The notes beneath the pieces were generated by a model. That model ran no database searches. It was not told the DNA's origin and was given only the letters and a program-made list of their open reading frames with translations. DNA of 64,000 nt from Paramoeba atlantica (taxonomy: Eukaryota; Protista; Discosea). The position numbers were made by a program, and so were the translations under genes. This document shows, one piece after another, positions 1 to 13,000 of the stretch; the stretch's first letter is position 1; each line of letters begins with the position of its first letter. Location: contig CDRNVI010000144.1 of assembly GCA_977017575.1 (NCBI GenBank), forward strand, positions 248,001-312,000. Reading direction: 5' to 3'.

Positions 1-2453
1 CGGGATTGTTGGAAACAGAGTAATATAAAAAAAGGCCTGTGGAGGGAGTCTTATAACAAAGAAACAAAGATGTCACCATTCTATTATTAACAATTTAACA
101 ATTAACAATGATAATAAAAGCAATAACAATCAAATAACAACAACAAACTAAACAATACAATAATAACAATAATGATTATAAAAAATAGGAACAACAATCA
201 TAACAATTGCAATCACAATCACAAACCAATAATCATAATAACAACAAACAACAACAAACAACAACAAACAATAAACAACAAACAACAAGAAAAACAATAA
301 ACAATCATAAACAACAGCAACAATAACTATAACTTAACTACAATCACAACAATCACAATCACAACAAACACAATCACAACAAACAAAACAAAAGTAACAC
401 TGAATGACACAACAACAACAAACAAAACGACAAACAAACCAACAAACCAACAAACCAACAACAAACCAACAATAAACCAACAACAAACCAACAACAAACC
501 AACAACAAACCAACACAACAGAATAATCACATCATACTAAAAAAGATAAACAAATCCACACAATCAAAATAACTAACAAACCAAACACTGAAACACTGAA
601 ACAACAAAACACAAAATAAAGGGAAACCTGTGCCACTCATATTTTCAAAAAGGGTTGTGATTGGAAGGAGGTCTTTGTAACAAAGGAAACAAAAAAGATG
701 TCCTCACACTAGTTAAGAGAAGGGGGAGGAGGAAGAATCAGATTTTAGTATCAGAGAATTTTAATTAATTAAATACTAATAACTAATACAATAACAAAAA
801 CACTCTTTCCAATAATAACAGACAAACCAACCAAACCAAACCAAACCAATCACCACAAAAAAGAAAAGAACAAAAACAAATACCAAAAATACCAAAAGCA
901 AAAAATAAAACAAATAATAAAAAAACAAGTTCAACAAGAACAAATTAACAAGAACACAAAACCTTCTTTTAAAATGGACATCAATCATTTACAACGATTT
1001 CGTATTCCCCTCAAAATGGACGGGACACTTCTTTCAATTAATACACCAATCTTGGTGATCTAAATTCTTTTCATTCTTTTTGTCTGTTTTCTTCTTGATG
1101 AACTTTTGGAGCGGAATCTGGGGATTCGTGTCTTTTTTTCAATTTGAGAATTTGGCTTTGAGAGACAACAAACTATTTTTTGTACAAATTAATAAATTTT
1201 TCACACACCCTTCCTTCCTTCCTTCCTTCCCTTCCTTCCCTTCCTTCCCTTCCTCTTCTCAAAAAACAAAACAAAACAAAACACAAAAACAACATTAACA
1301 CACACACACACCCCATTTTTAAAACACAAAGAGACAAATACAAAAAAAATAAACAACAAAACACACCAAACACAGACAGAAAAAATAATCCATGCAAAAA
1401 AGTAACCTTCTCAGTGTGTTGCAAAAAATCTTATTGTGTGTTGTGTGTTGTGTGTGTGTAGTATAACGATACATACGGGGTCCGATACGTGGTATACCTT
1501 TTGTCGAGAAAGTCACATTTTTTTCGAGAAAGAAGACAATTGATTTCAGTATGATAGGACATACCACTTAAAGAAGAGGAGAGAGATCCGATCTAATATC
1601 ACTGTCACCAATCCAAGAAACAAATATTTCAAGAGACAAAGAAGGTGTCAAGGAACCCTCCAAAAGAAGAAAGCTAAGAAGAAAGAGCTTTTACTCCTCG
1701 AAAAAATGATAAGAAACAGAGGAATAAGGCGCAGCAGCGAGAGTGGGGAGAGAGAGAGAGAGGAGGGAGGAGAGAGGGTCTAATCACACACCAACAATTT
1801 GGGAAAGGAGAGAGAGAGAGAGAGCAGAAACATATATCAGCGGTAAAGTTCTTCGTGAATAACCAACATTTTCAAAAGAGAAGTATACACCAAACATTAC
1901 ACCATCATCGCCAAAACACACGCTCGAAGAAAGGCCTCTCCTCAGAACACACACACACAAGATCGTCGTCTCAAGAGGGCTAAAAAGAGAAGAAGAGAGA
2001 TCATCCACCACAAACATCACTCTCTCTATTGGGTGTCTCTCTGGTGATCTTCTCTCTCCCCCCTTTCACCCACTTCCCCACTACTTTCGATTGTCATGTT
2101 CCCTAATATTTGCTCTTTTATGTGGGTGAAACAAAACACCACCCTTTTCCCCCACTTTTATGTTTTGTTCCTTTGAAAACTGTGTGAAGGAAAGGGAAGA
2201 GAAAGAAAGAGGGGAAAGAAAGAGAGAGAGAAAGGGGAAAAAAATGGTCAGGAGTGTGAGAGAAGAGAGGTGTGTTTGATAAAAAAAAAAAGGGAGGAAG
2301 AGAGTACACAAACCACCTCTTTATCGCATTCTTTGCTTTTCATCTCCCTTCATCAAAGAGAGAGAGAGGTTCTTTTTCCCTTCTCCTCTCTCTCCTCTGT
2401 GTGTTAAAAGATGAGGTGAGAGAGAGAGAGAGAAGGGGGCGGAGGGGGTGTGA

Positions 2454-3584
<1,131 letters not shown>

Positions 3585-4148
3585 AAAAAGAAAGCTTGTA
3601 TAAAAAAAATATAAATTGAAACTTTAACAAAAATCTTCTTTCTTTTTGAGGCATTCACCAAAGAGTTGTTTTTCTTTTCATAATTTTTTTTTCTGGGATG
3701 ACAGTGGAAGAACTTTTCTTTATTCAGTGCATGTGGTTGGGGTGAAAGATACTTTTTTTTTTCTTCTTCCCAAACACAATCAGTGTATGTGTGTTGAACA
3801 TTGGGATTTTAAGAAGGACCCACACACATAATAAGAAAAAGATATTGGGAGGGAGGTGGTGTTTTATTGAGACAACAATATTAATATAAAACCCCAGACT
3901 ACTATGTTGGACCCAAACCCTGAAAAACAGGTGCCAGAAAAAGAAGAAAAAGAAAAAAAGAAAGAAAAAAAGAAAAAAAAAAAAACCAATGATGAACAAT
4001 TTTTAGAATCCAAGAAAGACACAGCACCAAAGATATTTTGTTTCAAAAAAAAAACGTGAATATTTCTTTTAACACCAAAACAACACACACACAACACCCC
4101 AATCCCCCCGACTGACTGGTGGATCTTCTTTTTTTTTTGTGGATTCTT

Positions 4149-4195
4149 CATTCTCTCTGGGGTGCTAATTCGAAAAATCAGACCCAGAGAGTATG
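4149..4195. repeat. Dispersed ~48-bp hairpin element, copy 1
   Basis: cattctctctgggg-tgctaattcgaaaaatcag-acccagagagtatg. Confidence 0.85.
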
Positions 4196-4321
4196 AAAAC
4201 TCTCACGAAATAGTCCTCTTTTGTGTTGTTTGGTCTCTCTTCTCTTTGCCCTCCTTATCCAACTTTGATTTGTGTGGCAACTTCTCTCTTTTTCGTTTGT
4301 GATTTTTCGAATCTTTTGAAC

Positions 4322-6130
4322 AAAAAAAAATGAAAAAAAAAAAGAAAACAGAAAGGAAAAAAAAAAGAAACAAAAAAAAAAGAAAACAGAAAGGAAAGGG
4401 AAAGGAAAGGGAAAAGGAAAAAAAAAAAAAGAGAAAAATAAACAAAAAAACAAATAAAAACAAAAGAAAAAAAAGAAAAAAAAAGAAAAAAAAGAAAAAG
4501 AAAAGAAAAAAAAAAGAAAAGAAAAAAAGAAAAGGAAAACAAAAAAAGAAAAAGAAAGAAAAAAGAAAAAAAAAGAGAAAAAAAAAAGAGAAAAGAAACA
4601 AAGAGAAGAAAAAAAGAAAAAAAGAAAGAAAAAAGAAAAAGAAAAAAGGAAAAGGAAAAAAAAAAGGAAAGGAAGAGGGAAAAGAGAAAGAGAAAAAAGA
4701 GAAAACCAACAATTTTCTTTTTCTTTTCGCTTTGATCAAGAAAAGAAAGGAGAAAGAGGAGGAAAAGGAATAAAAACAAAAAAAAAACAAAAAAAACAAA
4801 AAAAAACAAACAAAAAAACAAAAAAAAAGAAAAGAAAAGAAAAGAACAATAAACAAAAACAAACAAAAACAAAAAAAACAAAAAAAAGGAAAAAAGGAGA
4901 AAAAAGGAAAAAAAAGGAAAAAAAAGGAAAAAAAAGGAAAAGGAAAAAAGAAAGAAAAAAAGAAAGAAAAGAAAAAAAGAAAAACAAAGACAGAAAAAAA
5001 AGGAAAAAAAAGAAAAAAAGGGAAAAGGAAAAAAGAAAAAAAAAAGAAAGAAAAGAAAAGAAAAACAAAGACAGAAAAGAAAGAAAAAAGAGAAAAAAAA
5101 AGAAAAAAAGAAAAAAAAAGAAAAAAGAAAAAAAAAGAAAAAAAAAGAAAAGAAAAAAAAGAAAAAAAAAAAGAAAAAAGAAAAAACAAAGACAGAAAAG
5201 AAAAAGAAAAAGAAAAAAGAAAAGAAAGAAAAAAAAGAAAAAAAAAAGAAAAAAAAAAGAAAAAAAAGAAAAAAAAAAGAAAAAAAAAAGAAAAAAAAGA
5301 AAAAAAAAAGAAAAAAAAAAGAAAAAAAAAAGAAAAAAAGAAAAAAAAAAGAAAAAAAGAAAAAAAAAAGAAAAAAGAAAAAGAAAAAAGAAAAAAAAAG
5401 AAAAAACTGTGAAGAAAAAGGATCTTTTTTGATACGTGATTTCACTCTTTTCTAATTCAATGACTTCACTGTTTTAAAAGGAAAGAAAGAGAAGGAAAGA
5501 AAAGAAAAGAAAAGAGAAGGAGAAAGAGGGGAAAGAGGAGAAAAGAGAAGAGGGGGGGGAGAAAGATTAAAAAGAGGAAAGATAAAAGATAAAGAAGACG
5601 AAAAAACAAAAGATAAAAGAAAACAAAAAAAAAAGAAAAAAAAGGAAAAACACATAAAAAAGAAAAAACAAAAAAAAAAACAAAGAAAAAAAAGAAAAAA
5701 AAACAAAAAAAAAAACAAAAAAAAACAAAAAAAAACAAAAAAAACAAAAGAAAAAAAGAAAAAAAAACCATTGAAGAAAAAAGGACCATTATTTAAAACA
5801 TGAATTACACTCTCTTCAATTAAACAACTTTCCTATGTTAAGGAGAAAAGAAAGAGAAAAGAAAGAGAAAAGAAAGAGAAAAGAAAAAGAAAAGAAAGAG
5901 AAAAGAAAAAGAGAAGGAAAAAGGGAGAAAAAGAGAAGAGAGGGGAAAAGATTAAAAAGAGGGAAGATAAAGAAGAAAAAACAAAAGAAAAATAGGAAAA
6001 AAAAACAAAAAAAAAACAAAAAAAAAAACAAAAAAAAACAAAAACAAAAAGAAAAAAAAAAGAAAAAAAAAGAAAAAAAAAAGAAAGAAAAGAAAAAGAA
6101 AAAAAAAGAAAAAAAAAGAGAAAGAAAAAA
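4322..6130. repeat. Polypurine (A/G) low-complexity tracts with two short unique islands
   Basis: Long (GAn) runs almost free of T/C, e.g. 4790-5405; unique islands at about 5405-5475 and 5770-5845. Confidence 0.9.
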
Positions 6131-6239
6131 GAATAAACCTCAAGAAAAAAGAGAACATGATTTCACTTCACCCACCTCTACCCAACCTTCTCAACTTTCT
6201 CAACCTTCCCCTACTTTCCCCTCCTTTGCCCTCCTTTCC

Positions 6240-6385
6240 CCTCCTTTCCTACCTTCCCTCTTCCCCACCTTTCCTACCTTCCCCACCTTCCCCACTTTCC
6301 CCTCCTTTCCTACCTTTCCTACCTTTCCTACCTTCCCCAACCTTTCCTACCTTTCCTACCTTTCCTACCTTCCCCACTTTCCCCT
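6240..6385. repeat. 9-bp degenerate minisatellite (CCTACCTTT/CCCACCTTC)
   Basis: Direct tandem repetition; G-rich on the minus strand. Confidence 0.8.
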
Positions 6386-6725
6386 CCTTCTTCCCTCCTT
6401 CTTCCTCTTTCCCTTTTTTTTTAGTTCTTAATTTAATTCTTTTTTTTAATTTCTCTTTCTTTTCTTTTCTTTTTTCTCTTTCCTCTTCTTCTCCTCTCCT
6501 TTCGCTCTTTCCTCTCTCTCACCGGGTTGCCAAAGGAAAGGAACGCAATTGCAAAGGTTTTTCAGGGCATTGAAAAAAAAATTCTCATCAAAAAATATTT
6601 TTTCAACACTCAGAAAAACAATTGAATTGTGCTGGTTTATTTTAGCACACAAAAAAAAGATTTTAGGGCTCATAATTTTTCTGGCCTCATTGGTTTTGTT
6701 TTGCCTTTTCTTTTTCTCTCTTTCT

Positions 6726-6759
<34 letters not shown>

Positions 6760-7351
6760 CTCTCTCTTTTTCTTTTCTCTCTCTTTTTTTCTTTTCCTTC
6801 TTTTTTTCTTTTCTCTTTCTCAAACTTTTTTGCCCTTTGTGAATGGGACCGAATGGGGTTCTCTCTTTATTTCTTTTTATTTCATTGACTTTTCTGTTTT
6901 TTTCTTCTCTTTTTCACTTTTATCTCTTCTCTTTTTTTTTTTTTTCACTTTTTCACTTTCTCACTTTTTCACATTTTTTTGTTCCTCTTTTTCTTGTCCC
7001 CTTTTTCTCGTTCCCCTTTCTTCCCTTTTTTGATGGGTTCTCTCTTTTCTTTTTTCCCTTTCCCCCCTTTTTTCTTTTTCTCTTCTTTTCTTTTCTTTTT
7101 GTTGATTTCTTTCCTTTTGTTTTCAATTTCTTCTTCACAGTTTCTCATTTTTTTCTTTTCTTTTTTTTTTTCTATTTTCTCTTTCTCTTTCTCTTCTCTC
7201 TTCTCTTCTCTCTCTTCTCTCTTCTCTCTCTTTCCCCCCCTTCCCTTTCTTTTCCTTTTTCTTTTTTGAAAAAATAAGACAGTCTTACAGATAAGTGAAT
7301 CTTCAAAAAAAAAGAAGAGACAAAAGAGATGTTTTTTTATTTGGGAAAGAT

Positions 7352-7401
7352 GATGTATTCTCTGGGTCCGGATTTTCACAAATTAGCACCCAGAGAGTAT
7401 C
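7352..7401. repeat. Dispersed hairpin element, copy 2 (spacer in opposite orientation)
   Basis: gatgtattctctgggt-ccggattttcacaaattagc-acccagagagtatc. Confidence 0.8.
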
Positions 7402-7618
7402 AAGATCTCCCCCACCCCCAACCATCTATCTGACACATTCTTTTTGACGAAAAAAGAAAGGAGAAAAATTACGATGAGATAACCAACAGAGAAAAGAAGA
7501 GGAGTGAATAAAGAAAAAAAAAGAAAAAAGAAAAAAGAAAAAAGAAAAGAAATAAACTTTTTTTCTTGATAAAAAAAAGAGCACAAAAAATTTGATTCCA
7601 TTAAAGAGATTTTGTTAT

Positions 7619-8596
7619 TTATTTTCGTCTTCTTTCTTTTGGAGGAGAATTGAAAAACTTCTTTTTCGAATCATGTGGTGGGGAGGAACGTCGAGTTCCT
7701 TTTCTCTTATTTCTAAACATTTTGTCTTTCTCTTCTTCTTCTTCTTCTGGTCCAGTCGCCAACCTCTCTGTGATTTCTTCCAAACGTTTCTTGAGAATAA
7801 TTTCTGTTTCCATCATCTTTTTTGACTTCTTTTCTTTTGCTTCAAGATTACAAAGTCTTCTTTCGATGTTTCGTCGTTGATTCTGAAGCTTTCTCGATTG
7901 CCCAAATGATCTTGGTTTACCATAATCTTCCTCTTCTTCCTCTTCTTCCTCTTCTTCCTCTTCTTCCTCAGACAATTGGACTTCTTCAATCTCCTCCTCA
8001 TGTTTGTCACCAACAATGTCATTCTCTTGACTTTTCAAATCAACAAGATTCTCTCGAACTTGAGTTTTGTTTTCAGTCAACTGTTCCTTTCTTCGTTGGA
8101 GAGCCACAATCTTTTCTTCAAGAACATCAATCTGATCTGCCAGTTTCTTGTCGCGTTTACTGAGAATTTCAATCTCCTTCTCTCTCTTCTGTTGTTCCTT
8201 GAGTCTTTTCTGAGGGTTCTCAGAAACTTCATCCCCCACTTTCTCAACCTTCTTCTCTTCATCATCACCCACTCGATTTTCGACCTCTTGGATCTCCTTT
8301 TCAGTTTCTTCTTCGACTTGACTCTCCACTGCTTTTGCTGTCTCGTTCTTTTTTGGGAGAAGAAACAAAGCATCTTCCAAGTCTTGGTCACGTTTCACAA
8401 AGACGACATCACACTCATCGTCAAGATAGAACACTCGAACCGCAGTTGAAGTTCCGTACACATCCTGGATCTTCCTTCGGAGACTTCGAAAGTCTTGAGC
8501 TTGAACAGAACACACTCTTCCATTCTCAGTGTTTTGGACTTCCCACCACTCTTCTTCTCTTTCGACAATCGACATCAACTGAACTCTCATCACCAT
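7619..8596 (-). CDS. PB1-domain protein with acidic coiled-coil C-terminus (325 aa)
   Basis: N-terminal FYLDDECDVVFVKRDQDLEDAL matches the PB1 acidic OPCA motif; followed by E/K-rich heptads; uninterrupted, non-low-complexity ORF retaining CpG. Confidence 0.75.
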   Translation of the reverse strand: MVMRVQLMSIVEREEEWWEVQNTENGRVCSVQAQDFRSLRRKIQDVYGTSTAVRVFYLDDECDVVFVKRDQDLEDALFLLPKKNETAKAVESQVEEETEKEIQEVENRVGDDEEKKVEKVGDEVSENPQKRLKEQQKREKEIEILSKRDKKLADQIDVLEEKIVALQRRKEQLTENKTQVRENLVDLKSQENDIVGDKHEEEIEEVQLSEEEEEEEEEEEEEEDYGKPRSFGQSRKLQNQRRNIERRLCNLEAKEKKSKKMMETEIILKKRLEEITERLATGPEEEEEEKDKMFRNKRKGTRRSSPPHDSKKKFFNSPPKERRRK

Positions 8597-8842
8597 ATTT
8601 TGATTGATTGATTGTTGTTTTTCTGTTTCAAGTTATCCAGAAAAAGAAATGTTTTGAATTAAAAACAAAACCTGAGGGTGTGGTTGATTGTGTTTGTTGT
8701 CGTTCACGAGGGAATGAGAGGGGGGGGGGGGTGTGGTGAGAAGGAACACCAATCAAAATTGAACAAAAAAAAACAAAAAAAATCACTGAAAGAACAACCA
8801 AAAACACACACAGAAAAAAAAAAAAGAAAAAAAGCTCTGATA

Positions 8843-8889
8843 GGACCTGAAATAGAGGTCCATCATATTCGGACCCAAAATAGAGGTCC
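8843..8889. promoter_or_regulatory. Phased palindrome array GGACC-N9-GGTCC-N9-GGACC-N9-GGTCC
   Basis: ggacc tgaaataga ggtcc atcatattc ggacc caaaataga ggtcc, between the divergent PB1 gene and 5S gene. Confidence 0.45.
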
Positions 8890-9240
8890 GTTTTTCTTTT
8901 TTTGTTTTTTGTGTTTTTTTGTTCGTTTGTTTTTTTTTGGTTTTCCTCAGTCTTTCTTTTTCCTCTTTCTCTTTTCTTCTGTCTTTTCTTTTCTTCTCTT
9001 TCTTTTTGTAGGTTGTTAATTTTTTTTCCTTCTCTTTCTTTGTTTTTTTTCTTTGTTTTTTTCTTTCTTTTTTTGAAATTCCACCACTTTTTCTCTCTTT
9101 CCATTGAGGTTTTTTCTCTTTTCTCTTTTCTCTTTTCTTTTTTCTCTTTTCTTTCTTTTCTCTCATCTTTCTTTTCTCTTTCTCTTTTCTTTTTATTAAT
9201 TTGGATTGATATTAAAAGAAGAAAAAAAAGAAGAGAAAGT

Positions 9241-9361
9241 GTCTTCGGTCATACCCAGTTGAAAGCACCCGATCCCATCAGAACTCGTCGGAAGTTAAGC
9301 AGCTGTGGGCTCGGTTAGTAGAATGGTGGGTGACCACATTCGAATCCCGAGTGCTGAAGAC
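9241..9361 (+). rRNA. rrn5: 5S rRNA gene, copy 1 (121 nt, 3-nt insertion variant)
   Basis: GTCTTC...GAAGAC terminal helix, CCGATCCCATC-GAACTC..GAAGTTAAGC motif, followed by oligo-T terminator. Confidence 0.93.
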
Positions 9362-9384
9362 CTTCTCTTTTCTTTTTTTTTCCT

Positions 9385-9424
<40 letters not shown>

Positions 9425-9739
9425 CTTTCAATGAAAGAGATTTTTATTCGAAAAAGATGGTTGTAAGAGAAGGGAATGGTTGCACATTCGGCAGAATATC
9501 TCACCCAGTGAGAGGAGGAACTGCAGAAAAAGGGGGTAGTACATGTGGAAAGAAGAGGGGGGAATGGAAATGTCATTTGGATTGAGAGATGATGAGAAGC
9601 ACAGAGAGTGATGGGTCAAAAGGGGGTTGCTGGGTTTTAGATTTTCCTGTATGCTCATCATGTGGTTTGCCATTGCTTTCATTAGTGCAGCTGAAATCTT
9701 CTTCTTTGCTGTTCTTAAGAAGAGGGGGAGGGGGTTGGC

Positions 9740-10370
9740 ATCCAGGACCTGGTCGTTTTGGAGGGCAATTGAGGCGAGGGACTGTAGGAGTGCACTAATG
9801 TCAGGGGATATTCCACCACCTGAGGATGAAGATGCTGGAAGGAAGATGACTTCACCTTGGAGAAATGGAAAGAGTTATTTGTTTAAGGGTCCATTTCTCC
9901 TCAGGGGTGTCTCTGCCCCTTCCTGCATTAAAGTCTGTTTCAGTCAGACATCTGTCCACATATTCTCTGTGTTTCATGATCCTGGCATGGTGTGCAGCAG
10001 GTGAGAGGGTGTCGAGTATGGGGGGTCAGAGTGGGTTTTGGTGGGTGTTTGGATCACACAGCGAAAGTGGGGGGTTTTGTGGGTTGACACAACTCGGACA
10101 TCAATACACAGATCCTGGTCGCCTTGCCACTCGCAGATTGTAAGATCAGGTTGCTTGTGTGACTTCCCGATTGGCCGGTAGGCTCCATCTCAGATTGTTG
10201 TTTTTCCCGCCCAGCTGGCAATGTTCTTGAGTTCTTTCACGGAGAGCATGGTGTCTTCTTGTGTGGTTCCTCTTCCACGACTGGTGCAATCTGAGAGGTG
10301 GAGGGAGGATGGAGCACAGAGTTCTTTTTCACAGAATCCACACTTGACAGTCCCAAGTTCACAGAGAGCC
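9740..10370 (-). pseudogene. CCHC zinc knuckle plus restriction-like endonuclease of the RLE element
   Basis: CGFC-x8-H-x3-C (about 10285-10343), RRHHAL..LKNIASWAG, KQPDL (about 10145), CIDVRVV, AAHHARIMKHREY, terminal SIALQN; split over frames. Confidence 0.8.
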
Positions 10371-10933
10371 CCAAGGTGTGGGTCAACTATGTCAAGCCTA
10401 CATCGGTAGGCTGAGCGAAAATCTTCAGCATTTAAGGCTCAATATGGCTTTGGCCCAGAGGTGTCCTTGTCTGGGTAGGCTGTCATCCACAAGTGGGTGG
10501 TGGGGCCAACCTCATTCTCACGGATTGCACGGCAGAGGTTTTTATCTTGTGTTGGGTCCATGATCTTCTTTTTGACATCCTGAAGTTCACAGGAGGTGAA
10601 CTTCTTCTGTGGTTTGTAGTTTTCTCCAGTGCCCATTGAGTCAGATGGTGGCTCTGTCAATCGAGTTAGGAGCTCATGGACAGAGGTACCACTTGGCAGT
10701 TTCCACTCGCTCAAGATGAAGCTTTCAAAATGGTCATATGCTTGGTGGAGAGCCTGGCGCTGGGGTGAGTCACTCTTCCAGAAGTCTTCAAAGAGGTTGA
10801 TAAGTTCAGGTTTGAACTCAGAGCAGGATTGGTAGACTGAGATCCAGGAGCCAAGGAAGGCTGCTTGGTGGGTGTTCTGAGAGTAGCTCAAGCCACCACC
10901 ACCTTTTGACTTTGGAAGGCCTGCAGCTTCTAC

Positions 10934-12466
10934 TCAAGAGAGATGGAGTTCTTTGTTTGGATGCAGGTGGGGGACTTGGAGGGGGTTGAGGAGGTAATTG
11001 GTGTTTGTTGTAGTGGTTTGCTTGATGAAGTCTTGGAAAGGGGTTAAAGAGAGAGGTGTTGTGCGACAGATGTATGTTAGTTTGGGTGTGATGGTTTTGA
11101 CAAAAAGCTCGAGACTTTCATGGGGGTTGGAGAACATTATTAAACAGTGGTCTTGTGATGCTTGTTGGTATTCTTGAGCAAGGGTGTGAAGCCACTTGGA
11201 AATTTGAGTGTTCAGCCCGATGGGTGACCCTAGAACTGTGATTACTTCCGCCTTCCCAATGCCAAGATTTTTGAGGTCATTGCTCCTGGGCGCTTCGGGA
11301 GAGAAACAGACCATTTTGCCCCTTTCTGTGCCAAGTTTGAGGTTGGCATTTGGGAGGACACTCTGGATCTGAGTGGTGATTTCTGCAATGGCAACCAGGC
11401 TCCCACAAACAAATATATCATCGACAAAGAGGAGAAGAAGAAGTGCATTCGGTGGAGCATCAACCTTCTGAAAGATTGGATTGAGGATTCCATGAAATCC
11501 CAGACAAAAGAAAATTGTCCCGAGGGGATCTCCTTGCTGGACACCCTCCTCCATGGTGAGGGTGTGGTTCCGGTCATGAGAGAGTGAGGGGTGTTACCGA
11601 AGAATAGAAGGTGTAGAGGTATGGAAGTAATACAGGGGCCAGCTGGACTGTGCTCTCAAAGATGGTTTTTCTTGAGATGGAATTGAAGGCATTAACAATG
11701 TCCAGTTCCGTGGCATAATGTTGTGGGTGGAGGTGGAGATAGGCTGTGATATTGCTTTGTGGACCATTTCTGCACCACTTGGCAAGCATACACCATACTG
11801 ATGGGACAATTTCTCAGGAATTCCCTCGTGTTGGACTTCAAGAACAAGTGCAATCGCTGCCCACCTCTTGAGAACTTCAGCAACACCAATTGGACGGATC
11901 CCTTTGTCCCCTTTTGCCAGAGGAATGAAGAGAGAGGTTGCCATGATGTTGTGTATGGTTTCATTGAGTTTTTGGTTGGTGATTAAGACAGTCAATTCTT
12001 TGAGGGTTGAGCGGAGTTCTTGGTCTGTGCATAGGAGTGTGACAAACTTATAAGACATTCCTGAGAGCCCTGGTGTGCGGCCTTTTGGAAGTCTCCGAAG
12101 GGCCAGATCAAGTGAGTCAAAGGACTGAAACTCATCTTGTTCAAGGATTGCTGGTTTCCAGTCAGGAATTTCGGCTCGATCTGGTGGAGTCCACGCCTGC
12201 TCAGATCTTGGGTAGAGGTTCTTCGCAGTTTCACGATTTTCTGGGACTGAGAGATCCCTGAATCCACTCTTGGATTGAAGCTTCCTTGCAGCTTTGGAGA
12301 GATGTCCTTTTCTGACCTCTTCAATAATCTGGTCTGCCTTGGTTTTCTTGGTGGACTTCTGCCTCCTCTTTTGCTTGAGTTTGCTGAGCTCGCCCTCAAG
12401 TTTTTTGTGGAGTCTCTCCCACTCAAAATTTCGCACCATGGTGCATCGAGATTTCACTTCTTTCAT
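10934..12466 (-). pseudogene. Reverse transcriptase domain of the RLE element (frameshifted)
   Basis: GHLSKAARKL, PGLSG, IPLAKGDKGIRPIGVAEVLKR, QYGVCLPSGAE, DIVNAFNSISR, GVQQGDPLG and FVDD motifs across ORFs 11594-12466, 11574-11789 and 10934-11554. Confidence 0.92.
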
Positions 12467-12799
12467 TCCTCAAGTACCCCTTCTAAGGCAGCCAAAGATC
12501 CATTTTGGGAGGAGGATCAGGAGTTGGGGTATCTTATGAAAGAGGTGTCATACAGCACAAAAAGTTTTGATGACTGTATCACGAAGGCAGAGTGGTACTG
12601 AGTCCATGTAGCAGAGGGGGATGTGTTTTGAGAAGGAGTCTCCTTCAAGAGAGAGGATGAAGTTCATTGTAGTCTCTTCTTTGCTTCCATGAGGAAGGGT
12701 TGTAGAGCGCCCATGATTGAAGAAGAGTTGTTGGATGTGTTGTGGGTCTGGGTTGAGGATGGGTGTGATTCTCCAGGTGTTGTCAGGGCATCCTCTGTG

Positions 12800-13000
12800 T
12801 ACTGCTAAACTTGTGATCCTATCTGCCAAAGAGTTGTTCTTGCGGTTTCTCCAGTTAATATGGTTTTCAGGGCTTGGGAGAATGGATGAGAGAGTGGACA
12901 ATTTCCTTGTTCTCATGAATGACACAGAGTGATGAGCTTCCAATGCACCATCCATTTGGGTTGGTAGCAACAGATCCATCCCCACAGATGAAAAAGAAGT
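12800..13000 (-). pseudogene. Internally deleted RNase H-like segment upstream of RT
   Basis: FFICGDGSVATNPNGWCIG in one frame and HINWRNRKNNSLADRITSLA in the next resemble the first and last RNase H motifs; the central E/D motifs are missing. Confidence 0.5.

Noticed and set aside
6240-6385. Interstitial telomeric repeat
   Set aside because: The degenerate 9-bp unit matches no canonical telomere motif I recognise, and the tract is short.
4178-7379. Long F/L/S-rich and K/R/E-rich ORFs (up to 396 aa), also at 36-39 kb, 43.5 kb and 56-61.6 kb
   Set aside because: Stop-free only because the tracts lack T or A on one strand; they overlap in all frames and have no domain content.
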